Shown here in pieces: positions 60,701 through 64,000 of a stretch of DNA of 64,000 nucleotides. The translations under genes were made by a program, and so were the position numbers. Location of the stretch: the NCBI GenBank assembly GCA_002633005.1, contig NMRA01000023.1, positions 484,621 through 548,620 on the forward strand, given 5' to 3'. Source of the DNA: Phoronis australis. Lineage: Eukaryota; Animalia; Phoronida. How positions within the stretch are numbered: position 1 is the first letter of the stretch; every line of letters starts with the position of its first letter. The notes below the pieces were generated by a model. The model saw nothing but the letters and a program-made list of their open reading frames with translations. It was not told where the DNA came from and made no database searches.

Positions 60701-63628
60701 ACCACTTGGTCGCAAAAGCAGCAAAACAATAAGAAAACAAGACTGTGAACACGGAACATGATTATTGAGTGCTTTGAACACGAGGTGGTCGAATAACAGC
60801 GCGAATGATTTCCGTTTTATTTTCTTAGCGGAATGCAATACAAAATGAACAAGGCAAATGCATGGCATAGGGTCTGGGAGAGAGGGTTACAGACTGTTAC
60901 AACAGACAGGCAACACTGTAGACAGACAGACATACACAAACACAGATAGGTGGGTTACAATGACACAGTGACGTGCTAAATATAGACATGACACGTGTGA
61001 TAAGAAGACAACAGGTTGGTTAAATCAGTCGTTAGTTCAGAGATCAAGCTGTGTAGAAAGTTTACACGAGTGTCAAATGACCAACTGCTTCGAAGTCAAT
61101 TATGTTAGAAATTTGGACACACCCAAAATATTATCTAAATTTCAAATAATGTTTAAGAGACAATTTTTACAAGGAACACACACGAAAAACCTTGCAGCTT
61201 ATGAATGTGAATTCATTGTGCAACCCTCACAATAGAACTTACATTGAGATAAACAAAACGACAGGATTGTCTACGAAATCGATGTCTTTGCCATGCAACA
61301 GTTCACAACTTCACTGAGAAATGTTCTCTAATAAGTAGAAGCAATTCAAACTTGACATGTAGATACTGAAATTCACTTTCGAAGATGTTACTATCCCATG
61401 TTCTAGAGTAAGAGGGATGCCAAACCTGTGCATACAGGGATTAATGAGCAGAAAGAAGATTTTTGTCGCTCAATGAGAGGATGCGGAGTCAAGAATGCCA
61501 GAGTCAAAGATACAGTTTGTTCAAAGACGTGATCAGAGGTAAATCAAATAGCTGTAGCAAAGAAAATGACCGACTTGAAATGTAAGACAATGAGAAGTGG
61601 AATGGCATGCTTTCATGCAACATGTTCATACAAAACTCAAAGATTGTACACAGACAGAAAAAAAAATTAATTCAATTTAAACGCCGAAAAATGACACCTG
61701 AAAAACTTGTCTAGAAGTCAAATTTTAGATTTTCGTTAATTTCCAAGTTACAAAAATGTGAGATGTTAGCGATGTGGAGCAAATTGGTGTCGTGTGTTGC
61801 ATAACTAGATTTCCCATCACCAACATACATTTATCAAGGGCTGGCAAGTATAGACATTAATTGTCAAAAGTCTCCATCAACACAGGTTTTGCTTCGTAAA
61901 AGTTTTGCTTTTGACTTCTTGCTGCAGCCAAAAGTAGCCTTCGAACAATCTTTTTTACTTTTCAAAATTTGACTTAATTCGTAATAGTATGTTCCACAGG
62001 CTGCTAACTATTTCCTGACACCAAAATTTGCAGCTGAGCAACAAAAAATTTCTAGACACCTGGCCCTTGGTATATAACTAGCAACAACCATGAGTAATCA
62101 GAAGTAAACATTAGCCGCCAAAACCAGTCATACAACAAACAGGTAACTAGAGGTGATCAGTGAAAACTGAACAATAAACAAAAGACATGTAAAGAGACAG
62201 AGGCCATGCTTACACTTTGCCTTGCCTCCACTACTGCGTAACGTGTTGACGGCGCGTGATAGTGGATTTCTACGAGCCGTGTTGGGGCTGGGAGGCAGGG
62301 ACAGGGGGTCCCTGTCGCCCACGGGGAGCATGAGTGAGTCAAGACTGGACATTGAGCCGCGCACGGTCGCACTTAGCTTGCTACCTAGGGGTGTGCACGA
62401 GACGATCGCGTGGAAGTACTTTTCTTGCTCGATGCTTGTCGACATTATCTCACCGCCCGTCGTGGCTGCAAGTAAACCCCACAAAAATATTAGATTGATG
62501 GCGCAAGTGAAATGATACCAACTGCAGTGTAGTACTTGATGTGCGGCAAAATTTGAGACAGAAATAATTGCCAAATTTCGTCTATTCTCAAGTTTCAAAG
62601 GTTGCAAAATTTCAAAAAAACATTGTTGGATGTTAGCTATGGTATAGAACGTATAAGAAATAAGGACAGAAAATTTTGCACAAAGTTGGCTCTGGACTTG
62701 CTGACCAGCATCAATTTCAGCTGAGTTCTTGTTTTTTTAAAAAGCTGCACAGTGGCAGGTTAGCAAGGGCAAGCACCATTCTTGCTAGTATCAGATTGAT
62801 TTTCTTTTTTGAAAAAGTGATCACTTATAAAGAAATATCACACCACCAACTCAGTTCTTAAAAAAATCATAGACCAGAATCAAATCTGATTTTTGGCCAT
62901 ATATGGATTCAAAAGGATACTGAATAGCCAACAGTGAACAGACACCCCTTGACAAGAAGTGTTTTGAAAATTCGTACATTTCCTTTGACAGAGACGAATC
63001 GGGTCATACGCAGAAATAATAGGAATCTTGGCTCTTTACTTTGAACAATTTAGAGATTTATAGCAAGACAAATATCAGATGATTACTTGTAAATTAATTT
63101 AACCCACATTCATGTAAATTTTTTTAAGTGATATTTCACATTAATAGTTCTCTAACAAATTTACCCTAAATAACGCAAAGGTCTTTCCTACAGAGAAAAT
63201 TACATCAAATTCATGGGACACAAACCACCTCTAACAAAACCACAATCACGACAACAACCAATAACAACCGTACATCAAACTCACAAACCGGATCACCGCT
63301 TTGTACTCAGCGTTCATTCACACACAATAATTCCTGACCATTAAGTACATGACTGTACGTGACATCCATCAACGCTGTGTTCACACATGCTGATCACTTG
63401 CAAGAACACAAGGCTTCATGCTAAACCACCACACACATCTGACAGATCTCACAGGCTCCCATTCGTTCACCAGCCAGCAGTGAACACGTCCCAGCACCCA
63501 ACTTGAACTCACAAGAGGGTGCGTTGTGGTGGCTCTTCCAGATCCCCATCACCCCTCGGCTGTGGAAGCCACTGGCCCTCAGTAAGACCGCCTTGTTACG
63601 AGGATGTCGCCACGAGACCACGGGGAAC
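45707..63628 (-). CDS. SBF2: Myotubularin-related pseudophosphatase SBF (MTMR13/MTMR5 orthologue), 3' part; gene continues beyond the window
   Basis: In-frame exons 63628-63513, 62465-62214, 56671-56502, 55091-54915, 54722-54618, 52297-52112, 51627-51334, 50972-50739, 50269-49966, 47993-47808, 46801-46521 and 45799-45707. Features: [15 protein letters not shown], inactive P-loop [30 protein letters not shown], coiled coil, C1 and PH domains. Invertebrates usually have one co-orthologue of SBF1/SBF2. Confidence 0.95.
46521..46801 (-). CDS. SBF2: SBF exon (PH domain)
   Basis: [22 protein letters not shown]; two in-phase acceptors 9 nt apart. Confidence 0.92.
47808..47993 (-). CDS. SBF2: SBF exon (C1 second half)
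   Basis: ctgcag|[15 protein letters not shown]...C|gtgagg. Confidence 0.92.
49966..50269 (-). CDS. SBF2: SBF exon (coiled coil and C1 first half)
   Basis: EIYKLEKEL...[13 protein letters not shown]...HRF....[10 protein letters not shown]. Confidence 0.93.
50739..50972 (-). CDS. SBF2: SBF exon
   Basis: [28 protein letters not shown]. Confidence 0.93.
51334..51627 (-). CDS. SBF2: SBF exon
   Basis: [31 protein letters not shown]...LFYNF.Y. Confidence 0.93.
52112..52297 (-). CDS. SBF2: SBF exon
   Basis: [19 protein letters not shown]...[12 protein letters not shown]. Confidence 0.94.
52540..52900. repeat. ~31-33 bp minisatellite (shorter version repeated at 53856-54030)
   Basis: Unit aatgactgtactagtcaacacttgtaggtcc, with higher-order alternation. 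Confidence 0.9.
52550..55047. other. Direct duplication (52550-53854 vs 53856-55047) either side of a single N; probable haplotype overlap / assembly artefact
   Basis: The N at 53855 is exactly the junction. Exonic parts are identical; intronic parts differ by SNPs and indels. It duplicates SBF exon 54618-54722 as 53425-53529. Confidence 0.85.
54618..54722 (-). CDS. SBF2: SBF exon with the inactive phosphatase signature
   Basis: ttgtag|LQGILQLAG...[16 protein letters not shown]|gtatga. Confidence 0.9.
54915..55091 (-). CDS. SBF2: SBF exon
   Basis: [15 protein letters not shown]...[13 protein letters not shown]...SGWLTQ. Confidence 0.93.
56502..56671 (-). CDS. SBF2: SBF exon
   Basis: ttccag|LGRFS...[14 protein letters not shown]|gtaagg. 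Confidence 0.9.
59024..59134 (-). CDS. Candidate cassette exon of SBF (low-complexity insert region)
   Basis: ttgttcccatgctccatag-type acceptor; open phase-1 frame [33 protein letters not shown]; donor uncertain. Confidence 0.45.
62214..62465 (-). CDS. SBF2: SBF exon
   Basis: ttgcag|TTGGE...[14 protein letters not shown]...LRSSGGKAK|gtaagc. Confidence 0.88.
63513..63628 (-). CDS. SBF2: SBF exon
   Basis: [23 protein letters not shown]|gtgagt. Confidence 0.92.
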
Positions 63629-64000
63629 CTACCACAATGTAACGGGCAGATTTCAAAAGCAGTAAACAACAACAAGTAAATAAAAACTCGTCATAGTTAT
63701 CTACCATACTGGAAAAACATTGTAAAGCTTGGTGAAGGGTATTTATTTGTGAACTGCCAGACACTTCTTAATCAGCACTACCTTCATTCTCAAATCACCA
63801 CGTTTACAATTGCATCAGTTAGTTCCAGTAAGACCTGCGTAGAGTTCAGTAACACTAGTGCCTAGTAAGAAAAGCAAGGTCTAGCCAGATTCAGCAATAC
63901 ATCATCGTGCCGCGAAACAGTTATTGAACTCGGCCATGTAACCACCTACCCTTGTTACCAAGATAATTTAAGATTTTAAAAAATTATTTAGCTTTAACTT

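Overview
AT-rich, intron-rich animal genomic DNA, most likely a marine invertebrate (inference from gene architecture and repeat types). It is not prokaryotic, so most entries in the ORF track are spurious or are single exons. Spliced genes were assembled by hand from GT-AG sites and frame continuity. (1) A fibrinogen-related domain exon at ~1.2-1.8 kb with a terminal frameshift. (2) SNAPC2/SNAP45 on the minus strand, 7 coding exons, ~353 aa. (3) BAX on the plus strand, 6 exons, 210 aa, divergent from SNAPC2. (4) The 3' half of the myotubularin pseudophosphatase SBF (MTMR5/13) on the minus strand, with C1 and PH domains, convergent with BAX. Introns and the SNAPC2-BAX interval hold many non-autonomous DNA transposons with readable ends: hAT-like elements with 5-, 6- and 8-bp TSDs, a Tc2/pogo-like element, a Kolobok remnant, a Mutator-like element with a 9-bp TSD, a foldback element, and a Helentron-associated element carrying an array of CTCF-like motifs. 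There is also a LINE 3' end, a tRNA-derived sequence and several minisatellites. A 1.2-1.3 kb duplication either side of the single N is probably an assembly artefact. I found no convincing new multi-gene system. The most notable observations are the nested transposon stack at a repeated target between SNAPC2 and BAX, the CTCF-motif array, and candidate alternative splicing in BAX.
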